Positions 1 to 9,356 are shown, numbered from the stretch's first letter. The stretch: DNA of 64,000 nucleotides from Bacilli bacterium (GCA_045226015.1 JBGVBY010000003.1:6243-70242), one strand, 5' to 3'. Numbers and translations are program-made. The notes: a model not told the origin generated them from the letters alone.

Positions 1-318
1 CACTCTAGTATTGTCTTAGGTAGAATATATTATTCTAATGAACAATATGAAGAAGCTTTTAAAGCCTTCTCTTTTGGACTAGATGATAATGATCCAGAAT
101 CATATTATTATGTCGCTTTATGTCATGCGAAAGGATATGGAGTTAGACAAGATTTTAACGTTGCATTTAAATTCTATGAACTTGGTGCGTTTAAAAACGA
201 ACCAAGATGTCTATATAACCTCTCCTTATATTATCGAAACGGAATAGTGGTGAACAAAAACGAAGAGATAGCCGATAAGCTAGAAAAACAAGCGATTGAA
301 AACGGATTTAAAAAATAA
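1..318 (+). CDS. Sel1-like repeat protein, 3' fragment (gene starts upstream of window)
   Basis: Frame-1 translation is open from position 1 to TAA at 316-318. It shows repeated Sel1/TPR-like units (LGRIYYSNEQYEEAF..., ALCHAKGYGVRQDFNVAFKFYELGA..., LYNLSLYYRNGIVVNKNE...). Not in the ORF track because it lacks a start codon. Confidence 0.55.
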   Translation, partial: HSSIVLGRIYYSNEQYEEAFKAFSFGLDDNDPESYYYVALCHAKGYGVRQDFNVAFKFYELGAFKNEPRCLYNLSLYYRNGIVVNKNEEIADKLEKQAIENGFKK

Positions 319-367
319 TTTTAAAAAATAAGCACTTATGTGATAATTTATAGAAAGAAGAAACAAT

Positions 368-1447
368 ATGAGTAACAAAAAACTTAGAAAAATCAAAGAA
401 GTAAATGGATGGAAAGTCAATCATCCTCATAACGCCGCGAATATCTTTTATGGCTTATTTACTTTATTAGTAGTCGCTGCCCCTTTAGCGTTCCTTTTTA
501 TTCCTTCACTCGTTTTAAATAACTGGATGAGTGGAGAGGCTGTTAAGTTCTCATTTAATGGTATCGACATCATTAAAATGATGATTGAGTTAATTACCTA
601 CATGGTTAATGAGACCGCAACTGCAACAAGTAACGAGTTACTTAATGCTTTATTAACACCTGAATATGTCGGTGCTAATATCGCTCCTATTGCTCCATAT
701 TTATATTTAGCTTTAGCGGGCTGCTTTGGCTTAATTATTATCTTCTCATTTGTCTTATTTATTGTATTCATTGTTCACCTTATCAAAGGCTATCTCAATC
801 ATTCTAGAATCGTTAAAGTATTCACATTCCTTAGCTTCTTCTTTGCTTTGGCCTATAGTTCACTTTGCTTAACATTCTATTTTGCATTTAATAATTCCGA
901 CATGTTTAAAACCGGATTATTTACCATGGACTTTTGGTATCCACTTGCAATTAGTGGTGGTTATCTCGTTCTTCTTGTTGTTATTAGTGTTCTTTATTCA
1001 GTTAATTTCAAGGATTCCATCCCTGAAAGTCAACTTGAATTCCATGATGATGAACCAACTGTGGAACATATCTCTAAAGTCCATGAAGTTACTAAAGTAA
1101 AATATGAAGGAAGTTCCACTCTTCCTAATGATATCAAGGCTATTGGAGGACACGCTTTCAGTGAGAACCAATCTTTAGTGGTTGCTAATATTCCAGATAA
1201 CATCACTAAGCTTGGCGCAGGAGCGTTCTCTAACTGCTTAAATTTAAAAGTCGTTTCTCTTCCAGGAACTCTTAAATCTATTGGTTATAACTGTTTCTTT
1301 AACTGTGTTAACCTTGAAAGAATTAACTTTAATGGTAGTAAAGATGAATGGAAGAAAGTCGGTCGTGGTTCTAATTGGCTTATGAAAGCTAAAACCACTG
1401 AAGTAATTTGCTTAGATGGAGCGATTATTGTTAATCCACATCATTAA
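368..1447 (+). CDS. Polytopic membrane protein with C-terminal BspA-type leucine-rich repeat domain
   Basis: 359 aa ORF. The N-terminal ~220 aa contain several hydrophobic helices. The C-terminus has tandem ~23-aa repeats (IGGHAFSENQSLVVANIPDNITKLGAGAFSNCLNLKVVSLPGTLKSIGYNCFFNCVNLERINF) typical of LRR_5/BspA repeats. Confidence 0.55.
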   Translation: MSNKKLRKIKEVNGWKVNHPHNAANIFYGLFTLLVVAAPLAFLFIPSLVLNNWMSGEAVKFSFNGIDIIKMMIELITYMVNETATATSNELLNALLTPEYVGANIAPIAPYLYLALAGCFGLIIIFSFVLFIVFIVHLIKGYLNHSRIVKVFTFLSFFFALAYSSLCLTFYFAFNNSDMFKTGLFTMDFWYPLAISGGYLVLLVVISVLYSVNFKDSIPESQLEFHDDEPTVEHISKVHEVTKVKYEGSSTLPNDIKAIGGHAFSENQSLVVANIPDNITKLGAGAFSNCLNLKVVSLPGTLKSIGYNCFFNCVNLERINFNGSKDEWKKVGRGSNWLMKAKTTEVICLDGAIIVNPHH

Positions 1448-2328
1448 TGAAATATCTTGTAGATAATAGTCGATATATTCTCGGCTATAACGATAAAGGT
1501 GAAGAAATAGATAATTTTCAAGTCCATGAAGTGATTTTGAAAATTATTTTTGAAATTGACCGCATCTGTAGGAAAAATGATATCAGTTATGCTCTTTCGT
1601 TTGGAAGTGCTTTAGGCTTATACAATTATCAAGGTTTCATCCCTTGGGATGATGATGGAGATATTGTCATCGATTATTTTGATTATGATAGGCTAGTAAC
1701 CGCTCTTAAAAATGATTTAGGGGAGGACTTCACTTTTGACTGTGAAGAGGTGAATAAACGTTATAATCCTTTAATCCCAGCGTTCAAAGTGAGATATAAA
1801 CATTCCTTTATCAAAGAGAAGAACCGTTTTACTCTTCCTGATCACACAAAAGATAGAGGCCTATTCGTAGATATCTGTTTCTTTATGGGTGTTCCTAACT
1901 CAGTTAAGAAACATAAAAGAACATTTATTAAATCTAAATTACTCATGCCGTTTTACATTATTTGGGATGCGTTCTTTCATCTTAATCCTAGATTAATTAG
2001 GAAATCATTACGTAAATATGAACGCAAGATTGCCACTAAATACAAGGATTCAGATAGAGTGAGTCAGACTGTGATTATTCCTTTCCAAGAACTACCTAAG
2101 AAATTCGTTGAGAACCTTTCTTTCCCAAAAGATGTCATTTATCCATTTAAAGAACATGATTTCTTAGGAAGAAAAGTATATTCCTTCAACAATGTTGAAG
2201 AATTCTGTAGACTTCGTTATGGAGAAAAAGCTCTTAAAAAATTTGACGAAAATGGTAACGCGATTGATCCGTTTTTAAAGAAGAACAAAAAGAGCGGACA
2301 CCTTAAACTTATAAATATTTATAAATAG
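1447..2328 (+). CDS. LicD-family nucleotidyltransferase-fold transferase (phosphocholine/phospho-sugar transferase family)
   Basis: 293 aa. Motif YALSFGSALGLYNYQGFIPWDDDGDIVIDYFDY matches the LicD family DxD-containing core. The start overlaps the upstream stop (TAATG), implying translational coupling. Confidence 0.6.
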   Translation: MKYLVDNSRYILGYNDKGEEIDNFQVHEVILKIIFEIDRICRKNDISYALSFGSALGLYNYQGFIPWDDDGDIVIDYFDYDRLVTALKNDLGEDFTFDCEEVNKRYNPLIPAFKVRYKHSFIKEKNRFTLPDHTKDRGLFVDICFFMGVPNSVKKHKRTFIKSKLLMPFYIIWDAFFHLNPRLIRKSLRKYERKIATKYKDSDRVSQTVIIPFQELPKKFVENLSFPKDVIYPFKEHDFLGRKVYSFNNVEEFCRLRYGEKALKKFDENGNAIDPFLKKNKKSGHLKLINIYK

Positions 2329-2396
2329 GTATTGAAAACAATAATATATTCTTGTATATTAATTGAGCGTTTAGAAATAAACGTAAAATTACTCTG

Positions 2397-2430
2397 AATA
2401 AGAGTGGCCAGGTTGCCACTCTTTGTTTTT
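2397..2430 (+). terminator. Rho-independent terminator (end of upstream operon, before rimP)
   Basis: Hairpin aagagtggc-cagg-ttgccactctt followed by a T-run (tttgttttt). Confidence 0.5.
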
Positions 2431-2442
2431 AAGGGAGATTAT

Positions 2443-2901
2443 ATGGATATCAGTAAACTCAAATCACCACTTGAAAAGAAGATTAATGAACTCGGCTTCG
2501 ACCTTGTCTCTATTAAAAGAACAATCGAAAAAGGAGACGTAATCATCTCTATTGTCGTAGACCGCGTTAATCCAATTGATATGGAATCGATTGTGAACTT
2601 ATCTAATGAATTATCAAGTTATATCGATACGATTGATGATAGTAACGAGAAGTATTTCCTTGATATATCTTCCTTAGGAGCAGAGAAACCTTTAAAGATC
2701 GAATCTCTAAAAGATTATGTAGGAAGATACGTTAATATTCATCTCACTAATCCAATTGATGGAGAAAACATCTATGAAGGTGACTTAGTTGAAGTAAATA
2801 AAGATTCTCTCACTCTGTCTTATAGAGTCAAAACAAGAGTGAAAACAGTAAGTATATTACTTAGTAATATATACAAAATTCGTTTAGCAATTAAATTTTA
2901 A
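2443..2901 (+). CDS. rimP: Ribosome maturation factor RimP
   Basis: The track ORF 2404..2901 runs through the terminator hairpin. The in-frame ATG at 2443 is preceded by RBS aagggag. The protein MDISKLKSPLEKKINELGFDLVSIK... is RimP-like, and the gene sits immediately upstream of nusA as in Bacillus. Confidence 0.85.
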   Translation: MDISKLKSPLEKKINELGFDLVSIKRTIEKGDVIISIVVDRVNPIDMESIVNLSNELSSYIDTIDDSNEKYFLDISSLGAEKPLKIESLKDYVGRYVNIHLTNPIDGENIYEGDLVEVNKDSLTLSYRVKTRVKTVSILLSNIYKIRLAIKF

Positions 2902-2912
2902 GGAGTGTATTT

Positions 2913-4580
2913 ATGGCTATTAACGTAAGCGAGATTAACGCTGCCCTTGAACAAATTGAAATTAGTAAGGGTATTTCTAAAGAACGCGTTATCGAAGCAT
3001 TAAAAGAATCAATGGCGAAAGCCTATCGCAAGTCTCTAGGAGGAGATGATGCGCTTGTGAACGTTGTTTTTGATTTAGACAAAGGTGTTATTGAAATGTA
3101 TCAAATCAAAAACGTCGTTAAAGATGTCGAAGATGATTTACTTGAAATCTCTGTTGAAGACGCGAATGAAGAAGACAAGAGCAAGAAATATAAAGCAGGA
3201 GATGAATTCCATATCCCTGCTAAACTTGACGAACTTCGTAAAGGCATTGTTATTGCTGTTAAGAATTTAATGAAACAAAAATTCGCAGAAGCGGAAAAAG
3301 AAATTCTTCATGAACAATTCAAAGATCGTTTAGATACCTTAATAACAGGTAGAGTCGAACAATTCGATGATCGTGGTGCAACTATCTCTATTGGTAGAAC
3401 AAGTGTCTATATGCCTAGAAGAGAAATGATTGGTGATGAGAAGTTTGCTATTGGAGACACCATTAGACTTTACGTCAACAGTGTTACCAATGGTAACAAA
3501 GGAAACCAAATCGTTGTTTCTCGTGCAAGCGAAGGATTCTTAAAAGCGTTAATGACTGAAGACATTCACGATATATATGATGGCACTATTATTATTAAGG
3601 CTGTTGCTAGAGCAGCAGGCGAAAGAAGTAAAGTCGCTGTTTATTCTAATGATCCAAACGTCGATCCTGCTGGAGCGTGTATTGGACCAAATGGTAGCCG
3701 TATCCAAAAAGTTGTTTCTCAACTTGGTAATGGCTCTTCTAAAGAAAAAATCGATATTATTGCTTATAAAGAAAACACTGGTTTATACATCATGGAAGCT
3801 TTAAAACCTGCTCAAGTAGTCGGTATTAAAGTTGATGAAGAAAACCATTCTGCTTTAGTCATAGTTAAAGACGACTCCTTATCTTTAGCTATTGGTAGAA
3901 AAGGTGTTAACGCTAGACTCGCCGTTAAATTAACTGGTTATAACATTGATATCAAGGTTGAAAGTGATGCTGCAAGCGAAGGACTTGAATATCAAAGCTT
4001 TGAAGAACTCAGCGCTCTTGAAATGGCGGAAAACGCTAGAAGAATCGCCGAAGCTCAAAAAGCGACACTTGTCTATCAAAATAAAGAAGACGCTCCAAGT
4101 TTTGGAGTTCCAGAAGGATATGTTGCTCCTCAAGCACGTAACTACGAAGAAGAGACTAATGACTTTGACGCTGCTTTAGAAGAAGTTGCGGAAAAAGAAG
4201 AATTAAGCGCTCCAGTTAACGAAGTTAAAGAAGAGGCTAAAGTCGAAGAAGCTATAGTCGAGGAAGAAAAGAAAGAAGAAGTCAAAGAGGAAGTCAAACA
4301 AACTTCTGTTAAGACCACAACCACACTTGACGCTCTTGAAAAGGCCTTAGAAGAAGACTCTAACAAAGCCCAAAAGAAAAACAACTTCAAACGTTCCAAG
4401 AAGAAAGCGGAAGAAAAAGACGAAGAAGAAAGCTCTGTTGTCCGTTCTGAAGGACCACGTATGTCTATTTACACTGAAGAAGAACTCAAGGAACTTGAAG
4501 AAGAAGAAAACGAGACCGAAGAGTACGAAGAAGACGATATTGATTATGATGACTATGATCAATATTACGACGAAGATTAA
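2913..4580 (+). CDS. nusA: Transcription termination/antitermination factor NusA with long acidic C-terminal extension
   Basis: 555 aa. The N-terminal domain, S1 and two KH domains are recognisable (AIGRKGVNARLAVKLTGYNIDI). The C-terminal ~180 aa are Glu/Lys/Asp-rich low complexity. Confidence 0.95.
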   Translation: MAINVSEINAALEQIEISKGISKERVIEALKESMAKAYRKSLGGDDALVNVVFDLDKGVIEMYQIKNVVKDVEDDLLEISVEDANEEDKSKKYKAGDEFHIPAKLDELRKGIVIAVKNLMKQKFAEAEKEILHEQFKDRLDTLITGRVEQFDDRGATISIGRTSVYMPRREMIGDEKFAIGDTIRLYVNSVTNGNKGNQIVVSRASEGFLKALMTEDIHDIYDGTIIIKAVARAAGERSKVAVYSNDPNVDPAGACIGPNGSRIQKVVSQLGNGSSKEKIDIIAYKENTGLYIMEALKPAQVVGIKVDEENHSALVIVKDDSLSLAIGRKGVNARLAVKLTGYNIDIKVESDAASEGLEYQSFEELSALEMAENARRIAEAQKATLVYQNKEDAPSFGVPEGYVAPQARNYEEETNDFDAALEEVAEKEELSAPVNEVKEEAKVEEAIVEEEKKEEVKEEVKQTSVKTTTTLDALEKALEEDSNKAQKKNNFKRSKKKAEEKDEEESSVVRSEGPRMSIYTEEELKELEEEENETEEYEEDDIDYDDYDQYYDED

Positions 4581-4589
4581 TTATTAATC

Positions 4590-4859
4590 ATGAATATAAA
4601 GCGACCTGTTTTAAGAATTTGCATCGTTACTCGAGAAAAACTTACTAAAGAAGATTTATTTCGAGTTGCGAAAGTTAATGGTTCTATCGTCTTTGATAAG
4701 AATCAAAACTTAGGAGGTCGTGGAGTTTACATCAAAAAAGATATAGATGTCATTAACACTGCAAGAAAGAAAAATTCTCTTTCTAAAGGTTTAAGAACCA
4801 AAGTTAATGATGATATCTATTTATCTTTGATAAATGAATTAGAAGAAAAGAGGGATTGA
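4590..4859 (+). CDS. ylxR: YlxR/RnpM family RNA-binding protein (DUF448)
   Basis: 89 aa, located between nusA and infB. It carries the conserved RICIVTREK ... GRGVYI motif. Confidence 0.8.
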   Translation: MNIKRPVLRICIVTREKLTKEDLFRVAKVNGSIVFDKNQNLGGRGVYIKKDIDVINTARKKNSLSKGLRTKVNDDIYLSLINELEEKRD

Positions 4860-4860
4860 T

Positions 4861-6693
4861 ATGGGAAAGAACAACAAGAAAACTTTTGAAAGAGAAACAA
4901 ACGTTTCCACTAAAGTAAACGTCGATAAAGTCAAAACCAAAGTTAATGGTGGTGTCTTTGTCTATACCGGAGCTATTTCTACTAGCGAACTCTCTAAATC
5001 TTTAAATGTCCCAGTCGGAGACATTATCAAATTCCTTTTCATGCAAGGAAAGATGATTACCATCAATACAATTTTAGACGATGAATTAATCGGCTTAGTC
5101 TGTATTGAATTTGGTTATGACTTTGAAAAGAAAACCATTGTCGCTGCTGAAAATTTTGAAGACATCGTTATTAACGATGACCCATCAAAATTAAAAGAAC
5201 GTCCTCCAGTGGTTACCATCATGGGACACGTTGACCACGGTAAGACTACCTTAATTGATGCGATTAGAAATTCTAATCTTGTCGCTGGCGAAGTTGGTGG
5301 TATCTCTCAAGAGATTGGTGCTTACCAAAAAGAAATCAATGGCCAAAAAATTACCTTTATTGACACTCCAGGTCACGAAGCTTTTACAGCGATGAGAAGT
5401 AGAGGTGCATCTGTTACTGACATCGTTGTCTTAGTCGTTGCTGCGGATGATGGCGTCATGCCTCAAACCATTGAAGCGATTGACCACGCTAAGAGTGCTG
5501 GTGTACCAATTATCGTTGCTATCAATAAAATTGATAAACCAGGTGCTGATCCTGATAGAGTTAAAAATGAACTCATGGCACATGAAATTGTTGCCGAAGA
5601 ATATGGTGGAGATAATATCATGGTCGAAATCTCCGCTAAAAAGAAAGAAAACATTGATGGGTTACTTGAAGCAATCCTTTTAGTGAGTGAAATGAAAGAA
5701 CTTAAAGCTAATCCAGATAGATATGCTTTGGGTACTGTCTTAGAGGCTAAGCTTGATAAGAACGAAGGCCCTAAGGCTACTTTACTCATTCAAAACGGTA
5801 CTTTAAAAGAAGGAGATTTCTTAGTTGTCGGTACTTCATACGGCAAAGCTCGTAGAATGACTAACGAATTTAAGAAAGTTCTTCAAGTTGCTACTCCAAG
5901 CACCCCAGTATCTGTTATTGGTTTATCTGAAGTTCCTGAAGCCGGCGATCACTTTATGGCATTTGCTGAAGAAAGCGAAGCTAAGGCTATTGCCTTAAAA
6001 CGTAAGCAACTCAAAGAAGCTAAAGAAAAGAATAAGAGCAGCGCTGCTAGCTTAGAAGATTTATATAATCTCGCTAAAGCTGGTGACGTACAAAATATCA
6101 ATATCATCATTAAAGCCGATAGCACTGGTTCTGCTGAAGCAGTGAAGACATCACTTGAAAAACTTAACACAGATAATATTAAAATTAATATTATTCGTGC
6201 TACTAGTGGTGCGATTACTGAAGGAGATATCCTTTTAGCAAGTGCTTCTAAAGCGATTGTTTATGGCTTTAATGTTAGACCTGACGCAAAAACTAGAGCG
6301 AAAGCTGAAGAAGAAAAAGTTGAAATTAGATTACATAATATCATCTACGCTTTAATCGAAGAGATTCAAGATGCGATGAAAGGCATGCTCAAGAAAGAAC
6401 TTGTTGAGAAAGTTACTGGACAAGCAGAAATTAGAAGACTCTTTAAAGTTTCTAAAGTTGGCACAATCGCTGGCTGTATGGTGACTGACGGCTCTATCAA
6501 GGCTAACTCTTTGATAAGAGTTATTAGAGGTGGAGTTGTCGTCTTTACTGGTAAACTTGCATCTTTACAAAGAGAAAAAGATCAAGCTAAAGAAGTTAAA
6601 GCTGGATATGAATGTGGTATGTTGATTGAAAACTTCAATGACATTAAAGAAAACGACATCATTGAAGGATACGAAATGGTGGAGAGTGAATAA
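4861..6693 (+). CDS. infB: Translation initiation factor IF-2
   Basis: 610 aa. G-domain motifs GHVDHGKTTL, DTPGHEAF and NKIDK are present. Conserved position after nusA-ylxR. Confidence 0.95.
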   Translation: MGKNNKKTFERETNVSTKVNVDKVKTKVNGGVFVYTGAISTSELSKSLNVPVGDIIKFLFMQGKMITINTILDDELIGLVCIEFGYDFEKKTIVAAENFEDIVINDDPSKLKERPPVVTIMGHVDHGKTTLIDAIRNSNLVAGEVGGISQEIGAYQKEINGQKITFIDTPGHEAFTAMRSRGASVTDIVVLVVAADDGVMPQTIEAIDHAKSAGVPIIVAINKIDKPGADPDRVKNELMAHEIVAEEYGGDNIMVEISAKKKENIDGLLEAILLVSEMKELKANPDRYALGTVLEAKLDKNEGPKATLLIQNGTLKEGDFLVVGTSYGKARRMTNEFKKVLQVATPSTPVSVIGLSEVPEAGDHFMAFAEESEAKAIALKRKQLKEAKEKNKSSAASLEDLYNLAKAGDVQNINIIIKADSTGSAEAVKTSLEKLNTDNIKINIIRATSGAITEGDILLASASKAIVYGFNVRPDAKTRAKAEEEKVEIRLHNIIYALIEEIQDAMKGMLKKELVEKVTGQAEIRRLFKVSKVGTIAGCMVTDGSIKANSLIRVIRGGVVVFTGKLASLQREKDQAKEVKAGYECGMLIENFNDIKENDIIEGYEMVESE

Positions 6694-7019
6694 TGGCAAA
6701 TAAGCAAGAAAGAATCGCTACCATCATTAGAAAGAACATCGCTGAAATCATTCAATTTCAAGTTAGAGACCCACATTTAGGGTTTGTCTCTATTCCTGAA
6801 GTTAGAGTATCTAAAGATTTCTCTTATGCAACAGTGTATGTATCTTTCTTTAAAGATGAAGATATTGAACCTTCCTTAGAAGTCTTAAACAAGGCAAAAG
6901 GATTTATAAGAAGCGAACTCGCTTCAAAAATGGACACGAGGCGCGTTCCAGAAATCCGTTTTGTGCTTGATGAAGGCTATAAGAAAGAAGAACGCATCGC
7001 GGAGTTATTAAAGAAATAA
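6693..7019 (+). CDS. rbfA: Ribosome-binding factor A
   Basis: 108 aa. The start overlaps the infB stop (ATAATG). Typical RbfA sequence and position. Confidence 0.9.
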   Translation: MANKQERIATIIRKNIAEIIQFQVRDPHLGFVSIPEVRVSKDFSYATVYVSFFKDEDIEPSLEVLNKAKGFIRSELASKMDTRRVPEIRFVLDEGYKKEERIAELLKK

Positions 7020-7044
7020 GGAGATTTATCTCCTTTTTTACACT

Positions 7045-7911
7045 ATGGACAAGATATTTATTATTGATAAACCAATCGGATTAACAAGTCGACAAGTTTG
7101 TAATTCCCTCATGAAAACTTTCAAAACTAAGAAAGTTGGACATGTCGGAACACTTGATCCTTTTGCGAGTGGTTTATTAATCGTGTCCATTAATAGATGC
7201 ACAAAAGCTAATGCCTTTTTTGATGAATCAGTTAAAGAATATGAGGCTACCTTATCATTAGGAGTAGAAACCGATACTTTAGATAACACAGGGAAAGTAG
7301 TGGCTACTAAAGACGTTAAGCCTTCTTCTAAAGAAGAAATAGAAAAGATTTTAAGTTCGTTTTTGGGTGAACAAAATCAAGTTCCACCTATGACAAGTGC
7401 AATACATGTTAATGGAGTGAGATTATACGATTTAGCTCACCAGGGAAAAGAAATTGATAGACCAAGTAGGGTAATTAATATCTATGATATTTCATTGCTC
7501 AATTATGATGAAAAGAATAACACAATTTCGTTCTACTGCAAGGTTTCTAGTGGTACATATATTCGTGTTTTAGGTGGAGATATCGCTAAAAAACTTGGTA
7601 CTGTTGGCCACCTTTCTTCTTTAAGAAGAGTGGGTGTTGGACCATTTAAAGTAGGAGAATGTTCTTCTCTAGAAGACGTTATAAACGGTAAGAGTGAAGG
7701 CTATTCAACTTACGAGATTTTATCTCGTTTCATTTCTCCTATTGAATACGATTACAACACGATTGAATCAATCAAAAACGGCCAATTCAGATATCTAAAG
7801 ATTTACTCTAAAAAGGAGAAACTATTAGTAGTGGATTCTAATAAGAATGCGATTGCAATATATAAAAATATTGGCGTAAATAAATATGAATTTGTTAGAG
7901 GCTTATTCTAA
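7045..7911 (+). CDS. truB: tRNA pseudouridine(55) synthase TruB
   Basis: 288 aa with catalytic motif GHVGTLDPFASGLL. Conserved position. Confidence 0.9.
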   Translation: MDKIFIIDKPIGLTSRQVCNSLMKTFKTKKVGHVGTLDPFASGLLIVSINRCTKANAFFDESVKEYEATLSLGVETDTLDNTGKVVATKDVKPSSKEEIEKILSSFLGEQNQVPPMTSAIHVNGVRLYDLAHQGKEIDRPSRVINIYDISLLNYDEKNNTISFYCKVSSGTYIRVLGGDIAKKLGTVGHLSSLRRVGVGPFKVGECSSLEDVINGKSEGYSTYEILSRFISPIEYDYNTIESIKNGQFRYLKIYSKKEKLLVVDSNKNAIAIYKNIGVNKYEFVRGLF

Positions 7912-8810
7912 TGCAAATTATTGAAGTAGATATTCGTAATATTGAACTAAAAGAAAATCCAGAACTTAATCTTGTTTTAGGCTATTTTGATGGAGTCCAT
8001 TTAGGCCATCAAGAAATGCTTAAAAAAGCCATAAGTAGTGGTCCAACTGGAGTCATGACTTTTGACATTTCTCCTTCCTTCATTTTAGGGAAAAGTGTGA
8101 AGTATTCTCATATCACTTCCTTGTTTGACAAAGCAACGATTTTTAAGTCCTTAGGAGTGAAATATCTTTATATCCTTAGAACTAGTAAAGTTCTATTAGA
8201 TTTCACAAAAGAAGATTTTATTTATAAAATCTTAAAACCAATTAATCCAAAGAAAATCTATGTAGGAAAAGACTATCATTTTGGTAAAAACGCTGAAGGA
8301 GATTCTGAGTATTTAAAAGAGTTTTTCTCAGTGGAAGTTAATGATCTTTTGAGCATTGATTCCCAAAAGATTTCTTCTCGATTTATTCGCGAATTAATTT
8401 CTAACGGAGATATCAAAACCGCGAACGAGTATTTAGGTCATCCATATCAAATTACTGGTCTAGTTGTGGAAGGTAAACACAATGGTGAGAAAATTGGTTT
8501 TCCGACCGCTAATTTAGAACTCTCATATCCATATGTATTACCTAAGCTAGGCGTATACACTGGTTATTGCAAATTATTGAACTCAAAATATAAGGCAATC
8601 ATCAGTGTTTCTACTCACCCAACTATACAAGAATTAAATGAACCATTAATTGAAGTTCACCTCCTCTCATATAATGGAGATTTATATGGGAAAGAAATCG
8701 AAGTTCAATTTATTGAATATATCCGTGATGTGAAGAAATTTTCATCACTTGAAGAACTTGCTAATCAGTTAAAAATGGATAGTGAGTTCGCTAAAAACAC
8801 ACTTAAATAA
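7911..8810 (+). CDS. ribF: Bifunctional riboflavin kinase / FAD synthetase
   Basis: 299 aa. An N-terminal FAD synthetase domain (VLGYFDGVHLGHQ) is followed by a C-terminal riboflavin kinase domain. Overlapping start with truB. Confidence 0.9.
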   Translation: MQIIEVDIRNIELKENPELNLVLGYFDGVHLGHQEMLKKAISSGPTGVMTFDISPSFILGKSVKYSHITSLFDKATIFKSLGVKYLYILRTSKVLLDFTKEDFIYKILKPINPKKIYVGKDYHFGKNAEGDSEYLKEFFSVEVNDLLSIDSQKISSRFIRELISNGDIKTANEYLGHPYQITGLVVEGKHNGEKIGFPTANLELSYPYVLPKLGVYTGYCKLLNSKYKAIISVSTHPTIQELNEPLIEVHLLSYNGDLYGKEIEVQFIEYIRDVKKFSSLEELANQLKMDSEFAKNTLK

Positions 8811-8934
8811 AAAAATGCTTTGTATTATCAATTAGATAATATAAAATAAACGACAGCGACTTATTTCTAGGGTCATCGAATCCTCAACGATCACCCCGGG
8901 CTTAAGTTAAGAAAACTATAGGAGGAACTTAACG

Positions 8935-9204
8935 ATGGCACTTTCAAAAGAAAGAAAAGCAGAAATCGTCAAGATGTACGGTAAAAACGAAAAAGACACT
9001 GGCTCCGTTGAAGTCCAAGTTGCTCTTCTTACCGAACAAATCAAAGCGTTGACTGAACACTTAAAGAAGAATCACAAAGACGCCGCTAGTAAAAGAGGTT
9101 TAATGATTCTTGTCGGACAACGTAGAAGTTTACTTGATTATCTTGCTAGAACAGATCGTGAAGCTTACTTAAAGCTCATCGTCTCTCTCGGCTTAAGAAA
9201 ATAA
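8935..9204 (+). CDS. rpsO: 30S ribosomal protein S15
   Basis: 89 aa. [36 protein letters not shown]... is a canonical S15. RBS ggagg upstream. Confidence 0.95.
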   Translation: MALSKERKAEIVKMYGKNEKDTGSVEVQVALLTEQIKALTEHLKKNHKDAASKRGLMILVGQRRSLLDYLARTDREAYLKLIVSLGLRK

Positions 9205-9223
9205 TCGAGACGAAAGAAACACA

Positions 9224-9252
9224 AAAAGAACCGCTCAGCCGGTTCTTTTTTC
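9224..9252 (+). terminator. Rho-independent terminator after rpsO (pnp leader attenuator region)
   Basis: Hairpin aagaaccg-ctcagc-cggttctt followed by tttttt. Confidence 0.7.
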
Positions 9253-9356
9253 GTTCCATATATAAAGTCATTTCTATTTTTATTAAAAATAAGTGTGATT
9301 TTATTATAACTATGATAAGATATCACCGTATGTTATTTAGAAAGAAGAAAAAAGAG

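Noticed and set aside
882-1100. Short internal and antisense ORFs across the window, in other frames or on the opposite strand of long, well-supported genes. Examples: 882-1100, 3085-3270, 3577-3804, 4142-4562 (-), 5438-5789, 9323-9721 (-), 10947-11346, 23413-24003 (-), 28232-28621 (-), 31349-31930 (-), 50918-51278 (-), 52778-53169, 58542-58974 (-), 59654-60297 (-) and 60829-61396 (-).
   Set aside because: Each lies entirely inside a conserved housekeeping CDS (nusA, infB, pnp, pdp, the FDP, alaS, dnaK, dnaJ, glyQS, dnaG, sigA). Their products are low-complexity, Ser/Leu-rich, and typical of antisense or shifted reading of AT-rich coding DNA. None has RBS support.
2404-2442. Extended N-terminus of rimP as given by the ORF track (MARLPLFVFKGDY...)
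   Set aside because: The extension reads straight through a terminator hairpin (aagagtggc...gccactctt plus T-run) and has no RBS. The in-frame ATG at 2443 has a good RBS and matches the RimP N-terminus.
4150-4560. Repetitive GAAGAAGAA-rich DNA in the 3' part of nusA; similar acidic tracts occur in ftsK around 17040-17400 and sigA around 61250-61400
   Set aside because: These are codon-level repeats encoding Glu/Lys/Asp-rich low-complexity protein segments within intact reading frames. They are not CRISPR, tandem-repeat or mobile-element DNA.
8811-8934. Possible riboswitch or leader structure upstream of rpsO, or an FMN element associated with ribF
   Set aside because: No conserved riboswitch core motifs were recognisable by eye. 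The region holds only promoter-like A/T-rich sequence and an RBS. The FMN riboswitch normally controls ribDEAH/ribU, not ribF.
9312-9356. Extended N-termini in the track ORFs for pnp (9312), ftsK (16412), alaS (TTG 29556), hemW (47986), grpE (50237) and the C39 protein (53888)
   Set aside because: In each case a downstream in-frame ATG with a Shine-Dalgarno sequence coincides with the homology-expected N-terminus. The upstream extensions overlap terminators, promoters, CIRCE elements, or the preceding gene.
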